This document shows, piece by piece, positions 25,526 to 38,059 of a DNA stretch of 64,000 nucleotides. This DNA is from Glaucostegus cemiculus. Its lineage: Eukaryota. The notes under the pieces are model-generated. The model was not told where the DNA came from and searched no databases. It saw nothing but the letters and a program-made list of their open reading frames with translations. Positions within the stretch are counted from its first letter, which is position 1, and every line of letters starts with the position of its first letter. The position numbers and the translations under genes were made by a program. The stretch is taken from the NCBI GenBank assembly GCA_976551045.1, contig CDPCPM010000029.1:6758001-6822000 (forward strand). Reading direction: 5' to 3'.

Positions 25526-26613
25526 AAAAAGATGCTACCTCCTCTCAGGGACTTCACGGAACAGGAGTTCTAACCTTCATTACTGAACAGCACTGTTTTA
25601 TTCTCAGTGCTGCAGAGGGTAAATAATGGTTTGATGTGAAAAATTATTCACTATGTAAGGGTGACTATCATTTTTTTAACAACTGCAGCCAGTCACTTTG
25701 CTGGTTATACTGCATGAAGACTATCCTGTGCAAGAATACTGACAAATAAAGGACCAAGTGTTGTAGTTCAAAAAGCAATGCTTTGTCACAATACCTTTGT
25801 CACAAAAGCAATGAAGACATGATTAATGTTGGCACATCTCATCAAGAACTGTGAGCAAAGGAGTGGACAAATATAATGGAATAAACATCTTCTGAAGTCT
25901 GCTAATCTTTGATGCCTGAGATGTCTCAATGGGCTTCATGCACATCGGTTCAGTACTGAGGTTCATCCTGGAATCCAGGACTGTTGCACAGAAGGTCAGG
26001 GAATTCATCACCAGAGAAGTTCTACCCCTTGGTCTCTTTTCACACAATAGCCAAAATCATGAATGTGGTAGCCAGAACCATGCTCTTAGCCTAGATGTTA
26101 CGTTACATGGTTATCACAATTGTTCTGAGGAGAAACTTGATTTTCTGCTCCACCTAAACGTTCTCTTTGAGTCTCAAATGTCCAGCATTCATTTTGTGTT
26201 GATCAATGGTCTCAAGAACTTTCAGATCCTGTACCTTTAACTTTCTCATACGTATCAATTGATGAGTGGGGTGGTGGACAATTCTCCAGTTTAGAAGTTA
26301 TTATTGCTGATGTTACTGCATGAATGCTTAACAACCTCAGGTAAAATTTTTTCCTCTGCTACTTTGATTGAAGGCAATAACTTATTTAAAATGAACAAGT
26401 TAGTGCCTTCATTAAAATAGCAGAGTCGGGAATTTGAGATCAGCACTTTAATTCTAATATCATCCGTGGCAGTCATGTCTACCCTTCTATGATTTAGGGC
26501 CGTTATCTTTGTCAGGTGAACAGGTTTATGATCATAACAAAACATGGCTGCAATTTATACAAAATATGACGCACTGTTCTGATTTTAAATTTGTGTCCTA
26601 TTCCACCTCACAG

Positions 26614-26688
26614 TAAATTAGCCTTGTATATCAAGGGAGGGTATCCATCATCCAGCATGCTCACAATCTTTGAAAAAATGACGGAATT
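26614..26688 (+). CDS. Candidate exon C (75 nt): (S)KLALYIKGGYPSSSMLTIFEKMTE(L)
   Basis: Acceptor TCCTATTCCACCTCACAG, donor ATT|GTAAGT. The only open frame needs a phase-2 start, matching exon B. Confidence 0.45.
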
Positions 26689-28111
26689 GTAAGTTTGTGT
26701 GTATATTTTAAAAATTTGCCTTAAGTCTGCTGATTTTAATTTTTCTTGACAGCATATGTCAGACTGATAAAGTCGCAAAACAAAACTGAACTTTGTTAGA
26801 AAACAACCCAACATTCCCAATATTTGTGTTTGTAAATGAGAAATGCTGCTCAATCTGGAGTATAGAGGTAGAGTTTTACTTCAGCTGAAGTGAAATAAAT
26901 AAGCAGGGATGACAGACATAAGCAGGGAACCTTTCATGGAAAAAGGTTACATTAATTTAAATAAAAACAAATCACATTCAAACACTCAGCATTGAGTTAC
27001 TACAAAACAAAGAATTGCATTTTTACAAGGTTATGGCTACAAGGTAGGTAGAACAAATGCATGAAATTGAAAATGAATAATATATGAGTCCTTATTTTCA
27101 GTCTTACTTTTATTTCCATGTTGCAGCAAGGTAGGGCAAAGAGTTCACTGTTTATTTCAAGCCTGTAGATGCAAGTGAGGCTATCAGACATATTAAATCC
27201 GTATTATTTGGAGGTAAGTTGTGATTATCATCAAGCATAGTATTTACTTAAAAGGTTTATGCAAAGCAGATATTACAAAATTGCATGAAACTGAAGAAAC
27301 CTGTGGGTCGCTTTGCATCATACAAAATTCACACATCACTCACCAGACCTCTTTTACATATAAACAAAACGAAGCAATCACTTTAGCAGAATTAAAATGA
27401 ATACAATTAAATATATGCAAAACTAAACCATTTCAAATTTGAAATGGAATTAGGATTCCAAATGCAAGTTGTTTATTTGATAAAGATTTTCATAATCACT
27501 TATCTAAGTCAATAGGGGAAAACTGGATCTGTTATTGCACACTTCCTGTGTGTCCTGAGCATCATTAGGGTCCCAAAATGTCCACCTGTGTGAATCAGGC
27601 TGGATGTCAAATTGGTGAGGGATGAGTATGTAAGGGCCAGACAGTTCATGATGTTAACAAATGTATAAAGTGGATTTGAAGCTAGCAATGCTATTGTAGA
27701 ACACAAGACTGAAGCAAGTGTCCTCTTTTTCATGTGGTAAACACACATTCAGCAACAAGAGAGATCCCACTGTTGCTATCATCTACTATTTACGGTTTAA
27801 TTGCTGGTTGATTTCTTCTCAAAGTTACTGAAATTCTGCAGGTTGCCGGTGCTTTCTCTACTTGTTTCAAATTGCTGAAGTATAGAGCAAATGGTATGGC
27901 ACCTGTGGAAGGATTCTTTGCTGACTTCAAGGCTTCCACACATGCCAATTTCTCTCAGACCTGTGTGCATTAATAGGAATTCTTCTTGAGATGCAGCATG
28001 ACCGGGAAAATGAACAGAGAACACATGCCACAAAAAAAAAGCTGCTAGAAGACGAAGTTGGAGAGGAGCAACGGCCTCTGAGATGGAGGCTGTATATGGC
28101 CAGGGCGTTGT

Positions 28112-28412
28112 AGAAACAGTTCTTCCTACATGAAGCTCAGCAAAGAACAATGTATGTAGTGTCTGTGCCTCAGTACAGATAGTTGCAATGAGCTCTGCCA
28201 CCTAGCACAGCTACAACTGCAGTTGGAGCAGGTTAAAGGACTGTACTATCAAAAGTTATCAAGGTGATCACTAGACTGGACTTCTTGATGTTTACAGCTT
28301 TCCAGGCTGGAGGCAGAGATATATGTGAGATGTAGGTGTGAGGCTTACTGTAGTACTGAGTGTGTGAGGATGAGAAAAACATGAATGTATTTGTCCTGAC
28401 AGAGATTGCTTT
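28112..28412 (+). pseudogene. PIF/Harbinger (HARBI1-like) transposase fossil 1, N-terminal region
   Basis: Manual translation SYMKLSKEQCM*CLCLSTDSCNELCHL..., frameshift, then RTVLSKVIKVITRLDFLMFTAFQAGGRDICEM. Resembles the Harbinger motif SEEQC.RRLR...ELCHL...TALPVAVKVT.ALNF.ASGSFQ...GDIC (recalled). Confidence 0.75.
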
Positions 28413-28415
28413 TGA

Positions 28416-28700
28416 GACAGATGAGACATCTTTATTAGTCACATGGACACCAAAACACACAGTGAAATACATCTTTTACGTAATGTGTTCTGGTCGCAGC
28501 CCATAAATGTTGCCATGCGTCCGGCGCCAACATGGCATGCCCACAACTTCCTAACCCACACATCTTAGGAATGTGGGAGGAAGCTGCAGCACCCAGAGGA
28601 AATCCACGCAAATATGCAAACATGGGGAGAACATACAAACTCCTTACAGACAGTAGCTAGAATTGAACCTGGGTTTCTGGTACTGTAATAGCATTATGCT
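28416..28700 (-). mobile_element. V-SINE with a Rex1-like 3' tail
   Basis: Reverse complement of the copy at 40457-40752, including the TTTCACTGTGTGTTTTG...ATGTGAC.AATAAAG tail. Confidence 0.88.
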
Positions 28701-29037
28701 AGGAGGATCCAAGGTAAACAATGTATTTGGTGCAATATAACAGTTAATTGAATACAGTTTCTTTGGGTAAATACCTGGCTCTCCTGCTCCCAATAAATGT
28801 TGTATCTATGTTCGGCAGACTCCCTGGTCTCCTGATGGCACAGAATTTCTCTCCTACACTCCACCTCCACCAATCTGTCTAACACTACATCGAAAAGCCT
28901 TGGAGCCTGTTTTTACCCACATTGTACATATGTTTTTCAAGTAAAGTTCACTCTATGACTGCCAACATCACTTCCACCCAAAGTGTCCTCCTGCTTAAGA
29001 GGAGCTCAGCTTCATTGTCTGGTTTAATATTTTTCTA

Positions 29038-29290
29038 GGGCGGCACGATAGCGTAGCGGTTAGTGCGATACTGTTACAGTGCCAGCAATCGGGGTTCGAT
29101 TCCTGTTGTTATCTGTAAGGAGTTTGTACATTCTCCCGTGTCTGCATGGGGTTCCTCCAGGTGCTCCGGTTTCCTCCCACATTCTAAAAGACATACAGGT
29201 AGGTTAATTTGGGGGCTTAAAATGGGCGGCACGGACTCATTGGGCCGAAACTGCCTGTTACCACACTGTAAATAAAAAAAAATTAAAAAA
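29038..29290 (+). mobile_element. V-SINE with a CR1-like 3' tail and A-rich end
   Basis: Head GGGCGGCACGATAGCGTAGCGGTTAG, B-box GGTTCGATTCC, V-domain TCTGTAAGGAGTTTGTACATTCTCCCGTGTCTGC, tail TGGGCCGAAACTGCCTGTT. Confidence 0.9.
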
Positions 29291-30691
29291 ATGTAAAAAG
29301 CATTGCAGGCTAGCTTCAGCTGAAGCTATTTGCCAGTGTTGAGTACAAGCAATAAACATAGTGGTTCAAGTGGGTGAATGATGAAATCATATGCACATCA
29401 TGGTGGCCTGAAGTTGCGTGCTGCCTAATTTATAATAAGCAGTCACGGGCTATTCATGCATTGCAATGCTTGTGTTCATTTTTAAAGTCTATCCAATTTA
29501 ACTGTGGTATACTTCATTGAAGAACTTTTCATTAAAATGTAGAATTCTGACCCCATTTTCTCAGTCACATTGCCTACATTTGACTTTGCAGCAGATATTT
29601 TCTCACCTATATTTTTCAAATGATATGTCTGACACACTAGAGTAATATGGCAGTTTCAGTGTCTCTGAGTAATTTGCTTATCCAAGCAAAGTAAAGGTAT
29701 TTGTAGCCTCAATTTATCCTTATCAAATGAGAGCAGTTATACTAATTCCCAAAGGAAAATTAAACAATGTGTCCAGGTCATACTGAAAGTGAGAATTTTT
29801 GAAATAATTGTAGGAATCTAACAGCAGAATCCTTTTCATTTGATGTAGGTCTATAAAACATGGACTAAAATCCATGTCTCTAAATGTGCTCCATAACAAT
29901 AGGAATGATTGTTAAGATTAGCTCAGCAGAAACAAGAGGAAGCTTAGTAGGTATGATGTAACATTTCCACGGCCCTAACTTCTCATTATAAAAATATTAA
30001 TTGTTCAATGAGATGAAGAAACACAGGATTCCTATAGTCCATCAAATGATCTACTGGACAAATTCTAACTTGTAATGTGGTTCACTAATAAAAAACAGGG
30101 TAATTTTCCATTTGATTTCCTTGTAATGCCAAGGACAGGGGATAGGTTTCATTTTTAAAACACCCATGTCTTTGTTGGTGTGGACACTATACCAGATGAT
30201 TACAACTATCAATACACACAAATAACACAAGAAGTATGTAAGTGGTTAATACCCAAGGTCATACTAAACATTACTTGATGGATTATACAAATCCAATGCC
30301 TCTTTTATGATGTCACAGAATAGAGGACGTTTTGCAGGAAAGTAGGACAGTACAAATCTATATACAGCTTGTACACAGGATGATAATACTTTGGAAATCA
30401 ATGGCTTGATTGGAATGGATAATTGGCAGTTAGGGTCATAACAGGTGAATAATCTGACATCACCAATTTTTTTACCACCACTGTAACTGAAAGCTTTGAT
30501 ATATATTTAAGCTGCCTCAATACAGTAACTCATTTTGCTTCATTGGTTTCCTTCTTTTCGAACAAAACCTATTTAAATTATCTATTGCCCTTCAAAGTCT
30601 CAACATAATCATTTAAAATTAAAGGGTGACAGGCAAAAAATAGCTGTTTTTATGCATTGATTTTCTATTAACTTTTATTTTGCACTTCTAG

Positions 30692-30794
30692 AAAAGACTT
30701 GAGAATGGTTCACGCCCAAGGTCACAGAAAGCAGGTTGTCAGCAGAAACCATCAATTCAGAACTGATGAAGTGCCTGGAAAAGGACTCCACAAG
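30692..30794 (+). CDS. Candidate exon D (103 nt): (L)KDLRMVHAQGHRKQVVSRNHQFRTDEVPGKGLHK
   Basis: Strong acceptor TATTAACTTTTATTTTGCACTTCTAG, moderate donor AAG|GTGTGA. The only open frame needs a phase-2 start, matching exon C; ends in phase 0. Confidence 0.4.
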
Positions 30795-31749
30795 GTGTGA
30801 CTTTAATTTAGGAAAGGAAAATTACAGGCCAGTACATTATACATTCCAAGAACATCCGTACAGATTATGACTGCCGTTATTCTTATTGCAACACCTTTAT
30901 ATGGTCCCTTCAATGTAGAGAAGCATTGCCAAACTGTTCCACTGCATTCATAGAGAAAGTGGATTCTGAGGCAAAGAAGGTACTAGGAGGAGTAATCAAT
31001 GCTTGAGCAGAGAGATGGGTTTTTGAGAAGGACCCTGATGGGAGATGGTGTGACTTGGTTGAAGGCTTGGCAACTAGAACTGCAATTTCCACATAGAGGA
31101 GTGGAGTTAAATCTAAGGAAGTATCTAGTTTAATAGCTTATATCTCTGATGGGCTGATTCACTTCTGAATGTTCTCATGGTAGAACAATAAATCAGGAAT
31201 GTGCAAGCATGCAGCTTAAATTAATCAACAAATGAAAATATTTTAAACAAACATCTTATGGCAGACAAGATTTTTCTGGATGAAGGACAGTTTTGTTATA
31301 ATTTGCAGGGTTATAACTAGTCTCAGATTTTTTAGCATTTTTTTTACCATTTTTTTTCCTAAGTAGATTTCATATTATGGGTAGTAATTCCTCACTTTTT
31401 CTATTTATAAACCCGTGCACAAGATGACTTTTTAATCTTCTGTTTGTTTATTCCTTTAGGGCAGCTTTATTAAGCTTTATATTTCCCTAAATTTTTACAC
31501 TTTTCATTGAAGATTTATCACTTGATTGCTTGTTCCATTTTCCATTGTTCCATGCAATTTCTCTTGATAAATTGACATGATTGGAATTTCACTCTCATGT
31601 GAACTTATTCTCCAGAAGCAAAGCATGGAACATTAGTTGAGAAAAAGATCGTGCTTAGCATTTCATGACTAGTAAATTGATATTAGAATGTTTTATTATC
31701 ATTTCTCCTACTGTTTTTCAAAGAGGCAAATAACCAATTATGTACAAAT

Positions 31750-32525
31750 ATAAGAATGTTGGAACAAGAACAGCACATTCATTAGAACCTGTTAATAATG
31801 CTACTGCTACTCAATTACATTATGTCTTATCTATGACCCAATTCATACATCCAGCTTTGTATAATTTCCCTGGTTATCTCTGAAGATTTTCCAAACTCAC
31901 ATTTAAAACTAATACTTGAACAATTGCTCATTGTGGAAGGGAATTCCAAACTTTACCACAATTTGCATGTAGAATTGTTTTCTTCTGCCTGGGATAAGTA
32001 TGCTCACTGGTCCTAGACTCATTGAACAGTGGAAATAGTTTCTGTCTATCTAAAGTGTTCCTCATAGCATCTTAAACTTTGATCAAATTTCCCCATAATC
32101 TTCCCAATCCTTCAGGTTACAGCCTTAGTTTGTATAATCTTTCCTGATGAGTTAATTCTTGGAAATTAGGCATCATCCAGATAAATCTATATTGCATTCC
32201 ACCCTAGGACAAAAAATTCTTCCTAAGGCTTGATGCTGAGAGCTGATCACTGTGCTCCAGTTGTGGTCTGCCAAATTGCTTTGTAGCTGTAACAGAGTTT
32301 CTACCACAACTGTAATCTTTCTCCCACTCCACCATCAACCCAGCCTCCTTGTATTTCAGTCCTTTTGAAATGAAGACCTGCATTCCATTACCATACTTTC
32401 ATTATTTTCTGCATCTCTCCATGATAATTTAATGGTCTAGGCACATGATCCTCAAAGTCTCTTTGAACATCCACTGTTTATACATCTTCACTATTTAGAA
32501 ATACTCTGTTGTGTCCTTTTGATTG
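31750..32525 (-). mobile_element. Old CR1 3' fragment
   Basis: Degenerate reverse complement of the CR1 RT C-terminus and 3' UTR (GGAAGGGAATTCCAAACT, TGTGCTCCAGTTGTGGTCT). Confidence 0.65.
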
Positions 32526-32759
32526 TCTATATTGTGGTTAAAGCAACTGGGAATGGACAGAGAGTACACTCAGGATAGGGCACTTCTATGTCCAACACCA
32601 GAAGTTGGTAGGTGGTGACATTTCTGGTCAACCTGGCTGATTCCTGGATGACGTAGTTGTGCTGGCTGAAGGTACTGAGGGAAGAGACCTACTTTTCCTC
32701 ATCAATCCTCCTGCACTAGGCAGTTTGGTTAGAAATAGCCATTTGCACAGTCCCTGTAA

Positions 32760-33035
32760 AGACAAGAGGGCATTAATTTAAGGTGAGAGGGAGGAGGTTG
32801 AGAGGGGAGAGGAGGGGAAATTTCTTCACACAGAGAGTGGTTGATTTCTGGAACAAGCTGCCAGAGGAGGGGGTGGAGGCAAATACAATTACATCATCTA
32901 GGACACATCAGGACAGGCACTTGAATAGTCAAGGCGTAGAAGGCTATCGACCTGATGGGATTACATGGATAGTTACAATGTGGATAGATGTGGTGGGCTA
33001 GAGGGCCGGTTTCTGTGCTGTATGACTCTGTGACA
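32760..33035 (+). mobile_element. CR1 3' end fragment
   Basis: RGNFFTQRVVDFWNKLPEEGVEA; tail GTGCTGTATGACTCTGTGAC. Confidence 0.9.
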
Positions 33036-33239
33036 TTTTGCCAAGGTCCCATCTTCATGGATGCATTATGTTATGTGGCACTGCCACTTTCTACCCAGGA
33101 CAGAGTTACACTGGATCTGGCAACTCAACCCTGGCATCCCCAAGGTGCTGCAGGATATTAGCAGCAGCAGCACAATTATATTCTACCACAATTTGTAAAC
33201 TCATTGCCTGGCACATCCCTCACCCTACTGTTTCTATCT

Positions 33240-34085
33240 AGCTAGGGAAGCAATACTGATTCAATGAAGAATCTGGAAGTGCATCAAGAACAGCATCTGA
33301 TGCACTTATGATAGTGCCAGCCAACTGAAGATGTACATACATACTAAACATTGGAAGAAGCATGCAACAGACCGAGAAAATGATTCTACAATCAATGGAT
33401 CAGATCAAAACTCTGCAAACCTCTCTTGTCTGGTTTTGAATAATAATAGGCAATTCATCAAAAGAATAGGTGGAAGAGCCTGAATGAACATCCCCATCCC
33501 TAAAGAAGGCAGACCGCAACAACTGAATGCAAACAACAAGGCTGAAGCACTTGGAACTGTCAGGAACTAGAACTGCTTAGTAGATGAGATATCTTGGCTT
33601 CTTCTTGAGGTTCCTGCTGTCAGAGAAGCCAGCCTTTGCTCAAGTATATGCACGCCACATGATCTCAAGATGCAGCTGAGAATACTGGAGAGAGCAAAAA
33701 TAATGGGACCAGACATAATTTCAGCTGTGGTATCAAGGATTTTTACTCAGGACCAACCATGTTTCTAGCTAAGCTGTTCCAGCAAAAATGAGACCTACTT
33801 GACAATGTTCTAATAGCCTTGATGCACCCCACCTGAAAAAGATGGATACCTTGAATCTAGCAATGTACCACACTTTCAGCCTCCTCTCAATGGTAAGAAA
33901 AGAAGTAAAAGAGCTGTCACTTATTCACCAATAATTCACCATATTTATTGATAATTAGCTTAGTTTCCATTAGGATCACTCACAGGAGCATGGTTCATTC
34001 TTTAATACCTCAGATGAGGAGTAGTTATTGATGGACAATAAATGCTTGTCTTGCCAGAAATGTTCACATCTCATGAAAAAACAAA
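33240..34085 (+). mobile_element. Ancient CR1/L2-group LINE fragment
   Basis: Remnants MNIPIPK, NKAEAL and AKIMGPDII; family 3' end GATGGACAATAAATGCTTG. Confidence 0.6.
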
Positions 34086-34134
34086 GATTTATTGATGATT
34101 TATCTTCATTTACACCAGCAAAGCTATCAGTGAT

Positions 34135-34470
34135 AGGTGGTGTAGTAGCGCAGCTAGCAGATCTGCTGCTTCATAGCTTCAGCGCCCCAGGATCACTCCT
34201 ATTCTCTGATGCTGTCAGTGTGGAGTTTGTACATTCTCCCTGTGACCACATGGGCTTCTCCAGGATGCCTTTGTTTCCTCCCATATCCCAAGGACATGTG
34301 GCAACTATAAATTACCCCTAATGAAGATGGGTGGTCAAACTTAGGGAAATTGATTGAATTGTGGGGGAGAAAAGGTCACAGGGCAAATTAGTGATGGAAT
34401 AACATTGCTCTGCGAGTTTGTTTAGACTTGATGGTCAAATGGCCTCCTTCTATGTAATGAGGAAGTATAA
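34135..34470 (+). mobile_element. Older V-SINE with a CR1-like tail
   Basis: GTGTGGAGTTTGTACATTCTCCCTGTGACCACATGGG V-domain; GATGGTCAAATGGCCTCCTTCT tail. Confidence 0.8.
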
Positions 34471-35186
34471 AAGCCTCGTTTTCAAGGGGCCCACAAATAC
34501 CCTGACCAGTATTTTCTCATGTTATTGTAAAAATGCTCGAGTTAATTTTTGCAAGTTTCTTTCCATACACCCAATTTGTAGCTCCATCTGTTTTGTAATC
34601 TGAGTTCTTTTAATTTTTTATCCTTTTCTATAGTTTTATGTTGCCCATTCTCAACCATTACTATAACACTGCATGTATATTAGTCTCCTGAGATCAGGCT
34701 TTATATTGGAAAACTAAACTCCTCAATGATATGATTCACATGACAAAACAAGGATAAATTATCTACTATACAAGAGATTTAGAAAAAAATTATAAGATAC
34801 TTATAATGAGATGGAATATATAATAAGATTCTTCCTCTTGCAATCTGTTCTTTCAAATTAACCAGATTGATAATCATCAAATCTGGGAGGCGTTAGAGGC
34901 TGTTCCATCTTGACTGTAGCTGTTAGCTTCCTTACCTGGGGCAGATATTCAATAAACATGCCAACTGACGCTCTCTGTAAGGCATACATCTACACTTTAT
35001 ATGACTCTCACAACATCAGCCACCAAGAGAGTCAAGGGCAGCTGAAGTGTGGAATTGCAAACATATCTGCTAGCTCAATTACAGTAATAGAGGAAGGTAG
35101 CAGATCAAGGTAAAGTTAAGGTGCCAACATGTGCTATTGAAAAAGAGAAGCATTGTCCTCAACTTAATGAATGTTTTCTTTCACAG

Positions 35187-35216
35187 AAGTCAGATTGTAG
35201 ATTGGTTTCTGCTGCT
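35187..35216 (+). CDS. Weak candidate micro-exon E (30 nt): KSDCRLVSAA
   Basis: Acceptor TTTTCTTTCACAG, donor GCT|GTGAGT, phase 0-0 compatible with exon D. Too short for an open frame to be informative. Confidence 0.25.
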
Positions 35217-35254
35217 GTGAGTTCTGCAGTATATTATCTTCCAAAGAGTTGAAT

Positions 35255-36365
35255 TTCAGAGGTGAGGTGAGGCTGATAGCTCTTGACATCAAAGCAGAAT
35301 TGTTGCAGATTGTGGCATCAAGATCCAAAGAAAAATTGAAATTAATGGGAATCAGTTTTCTCTGACAGGAGACATGCCTTGTACAAAGCTATCCCAGGAG
35401 TTCCTGTGATGTTCTTGGCTTAACCCATTTCCAGTCCCACATCAATGACATTCCTCCCACCATAAGGTCAGTCAAGGGTATGTTCATTGTTGATTGTGCA
35501 TTATTCAGTTCCAACCTCAAAACAGATAATGAAGTACTCCATGCATTCAGCAAGCTGCAGATAGTATTCATATTTTGTCATGATTCTGAGTACTGGCCCT
35601 TGATTTGGTTCCTTAGATGCCTCGTTGTACAGCACATGGATTCCATGCTGGACTGATTGCATAATGACACACATCTGAGCCCCATCAGGGGCCTAGCATA
35701 AATACCTGGGTTTCTCTAGCACTTGTTGCCAGAGGATTGGTCAACTGCTGGGTATACTTTGGCTCCTAGCTGCTTAGAGTGGTCTACTCTAGAGCAGTCA
35801 TGTGTTCTCTAGTCCTGCTTGAAGATTCAGTTTGTATTGGGATTACTACTCAGATCTCTGAGGCAAGATTTCCTTCCAGTGTTGCCTGTGGCCGGTCCTG
35901 AGGAAGTATCCTGACTCCAGTCTTGTACCAGTGTGCTGCATTTTGGTTCTCTGCGAGCTTGCTCTTCAATCAACATTGTGACATATTTGGACTAACAAGT
36001 CCCAAATAATGTTTGCACTATATGAGTGTTTGGTAATTGCCATCTCCAGCAAGAGGGAAACTTTTGCTGCTCAATGGCATCATCATTACTGAACCCACAA
36101 CCATCAATATCACGGGGAATCACTTTGACTAGAACTTAGCAACTATATAAATACTGTAAAACATGAACAGGTGAGTGGCTGAACATTCTGCAGGAAGGTT
36201 TCTCATCATGTGTGAGGCAAAAGTTAGATATGGATTCTTTGCTCTCCACTTGCACAATTTCAACAACATCTCTCAATAAAATTATCCATGGAAGATCACT
36301 GTTGGAATACCTTTTCAACTAGGACTGCATTGTTTTGAGAAGGTGACCACTACTGCGGGCAAGGG
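35255..36365 (+). mobile_element. Ancient CR1/L2-group LINE fragment split by a solo LTR
   Basis: VRLIALDIKA...WHQ...KLKLMGI remnant and HINDIPPTIRS; resumes after 35983, with the 3' end probably near 37660-37720. Confidence 0.6.
35576..35983 (+). mobile_element. Solo LTR (408 bp), Gypsy-like termini
   Basis: TGTCATGAT...ATTGTGACA termini; perfect 5-bp TSD TATTT (35571-35575, 35984-35988); CATAAATA TATA-like box near 35697. Confidence 0.88.
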
Positions 36366-36367
36366 AA

Positions 36368-37660
36368 TATAGAACATAGAACAGTACAGCACAGGAGCAG
36401 GCCCTTTGGCCCATGATGCCTGTGCTAACCATATTGCTAAATTAAATTAAACCTATCTGCCTGCACATAATCCATATCCCTCCATTCTCTGCATGTTCAT
36501 GTACCTGTTGAAATGCCCCTTCAACCCAGAATCAGAATCAGTTTTATTGTCACAACCATATACATACATAGTATGCATAGGAGCGAGATACCGTCCTCCT
36601 CAGGTGCTCGTCCCATAAAATAGCATAACAACCAACAGAGACACACATACACACTTGGCAGAATAAACATTACAACATTAGACATTGAAAGCTACGGAAG
36701 TTAAAATTAAATTATTACGCAGATTAAATTAAAAATGGCCGGTGAATAAATAAATAGTTATTAAAGTGAACGGACTGGTGTCAGGCATTTAAAGTGCTGG
36801 TGCATTTCTGTGCACCTAGCATCTCTTAGTGTTAACAAAGGAAGATGGAGGGATGAGAGAGTTTGCAGTTCTGATGGCTTGCGGAAAGAAGCTATTGTTC
36901 AGCCTGGTCATTCTTGCCCTGATACATTTAAGCCTCCTCCCTGATGGCAAAATTGTGAAGAGGTGGTGGGAGGGGTGAGAAGGGTCGGCCATTATGCTTT
37001 TGGTCTTCCTCACACAACGGTCTTTGTATATGTCTGCAAGGGATGGAAGCGAGACACCTATGATCCACTCCGCAGCCCTAACCATCTTCTGGAGGGTCTT
37101 CCGCCCAGCAGCTGAGCAGCTTCCAAACCAAACAGTGATACATTGAGTTAGGATGCTCTCACTGGTCCCCCTATAGAAGGTTTTCATGACGGAGGGATGG
37201 GGGTACGCTTTCCTCAGTCTCAGCAGGAAGTAGAGCCGTTTCTGAGCTTTCTTCGTGAGGGCCGTAATGTTAGTGGACCAGGTCAGGTCGTCAATGATGT
37301 GAACCCCCAGGAACTTGGTGCTGCCTACTTGTTCCACAGCAGACCCGTTGATGGTCAGCGGGGCGTGCACACGGTGACCCCTCCTAAAATCCACTATCAT
37401 CTCCTTGGTTTTATCCACATTCAAGGAGAGGTTGTTGTCATGGCGCCACACGGCTAGTTGTTTCACCTCCTCTCTGTAGTCCGACTCCATTATCATATCT
37501 GCTTCCACCAGCCCTGGCAGCACATTCCAGGCACCTACTACCTTCTGTGTAAAAAAAACCTATGCCCCCCTGCCCCCCCCTCACCACCCCCACCACATGT
37601 CCTCTAAACTTTCCCCCATCACCTTAAATGTATTGGACATTTCTACCCTGGGAAAAAGGC
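36368..37660 (-). mobile_element. CR1 3' end fragment (36368-36526 and about 37490-37660) hosting a Rex1 copy
   Basis: Reversed tail ATAGAACATAGAACAGTACAGCAC; the CR1 sequence resumes at ATCTGCTTCCACCA...ACATTCCAGGCACC. Confidence 0.8.
36527..37488 (-). mobile_element. Rex1/Babar LINE 3' fragment with an uninterrupted C-terminal ORF of over 220 aa
   Basis: ORF 36816-37523: ESDYREEV, NNLSLNVDKTKEMIVDFR, KFLGVHI, AQKRLYF, ESILTQCITVWFG, LPSGRR, NSFFPQAIR. Reversed (GATTCT)n tail. The first ~11 aa come from the flanking CR1. Confidence 0.95.
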
Positions 37661-38059
37661 CCTGAATATTAAAATGTCGACCTTGCCAGGGATTCCCAAA
37701 TTGCCTGAGAGAATGATATATAAATATCATTTATACAAAATATCATAATATACACATATCATATCTTTTATATTCCGTGAAACATTGATACCTTGTGAGG
37801 CTCTTTCTTACAACACTCATTCCAGGTGCTTCTTGTGCTTATGTTCTAGGTATTTCCAAAACTTTGCATGCTTATCAGAGGATTGTTAGTAGCAGAAAGG
37901 GTAATTAGACTTCTGATGCTCCAAGGGTCAACTTCAATTTAAAAGCTCAGTGGTTTACGTGATATTTTAATTCAATATATAATAGCATCTATCCTAGATA
38001 GACCTGCATACAGTAAAAAGTAGACTTGACCTGTTACTAAATTTCACAGTAAAATTTCA

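Noticed and set aside
29038-29105. tRNA-like sequence with A and B boxes
   Set aside because: It is a SINE head continuing into the V-domain, with no complete cloverleaf. The same holds for the other SINE heads.
29377-29411. C-box ATGATGA and D-box CTGA
   Set aside because: Only about 35 nt apart with no terminal stem; too short for a C/D snoRNA.
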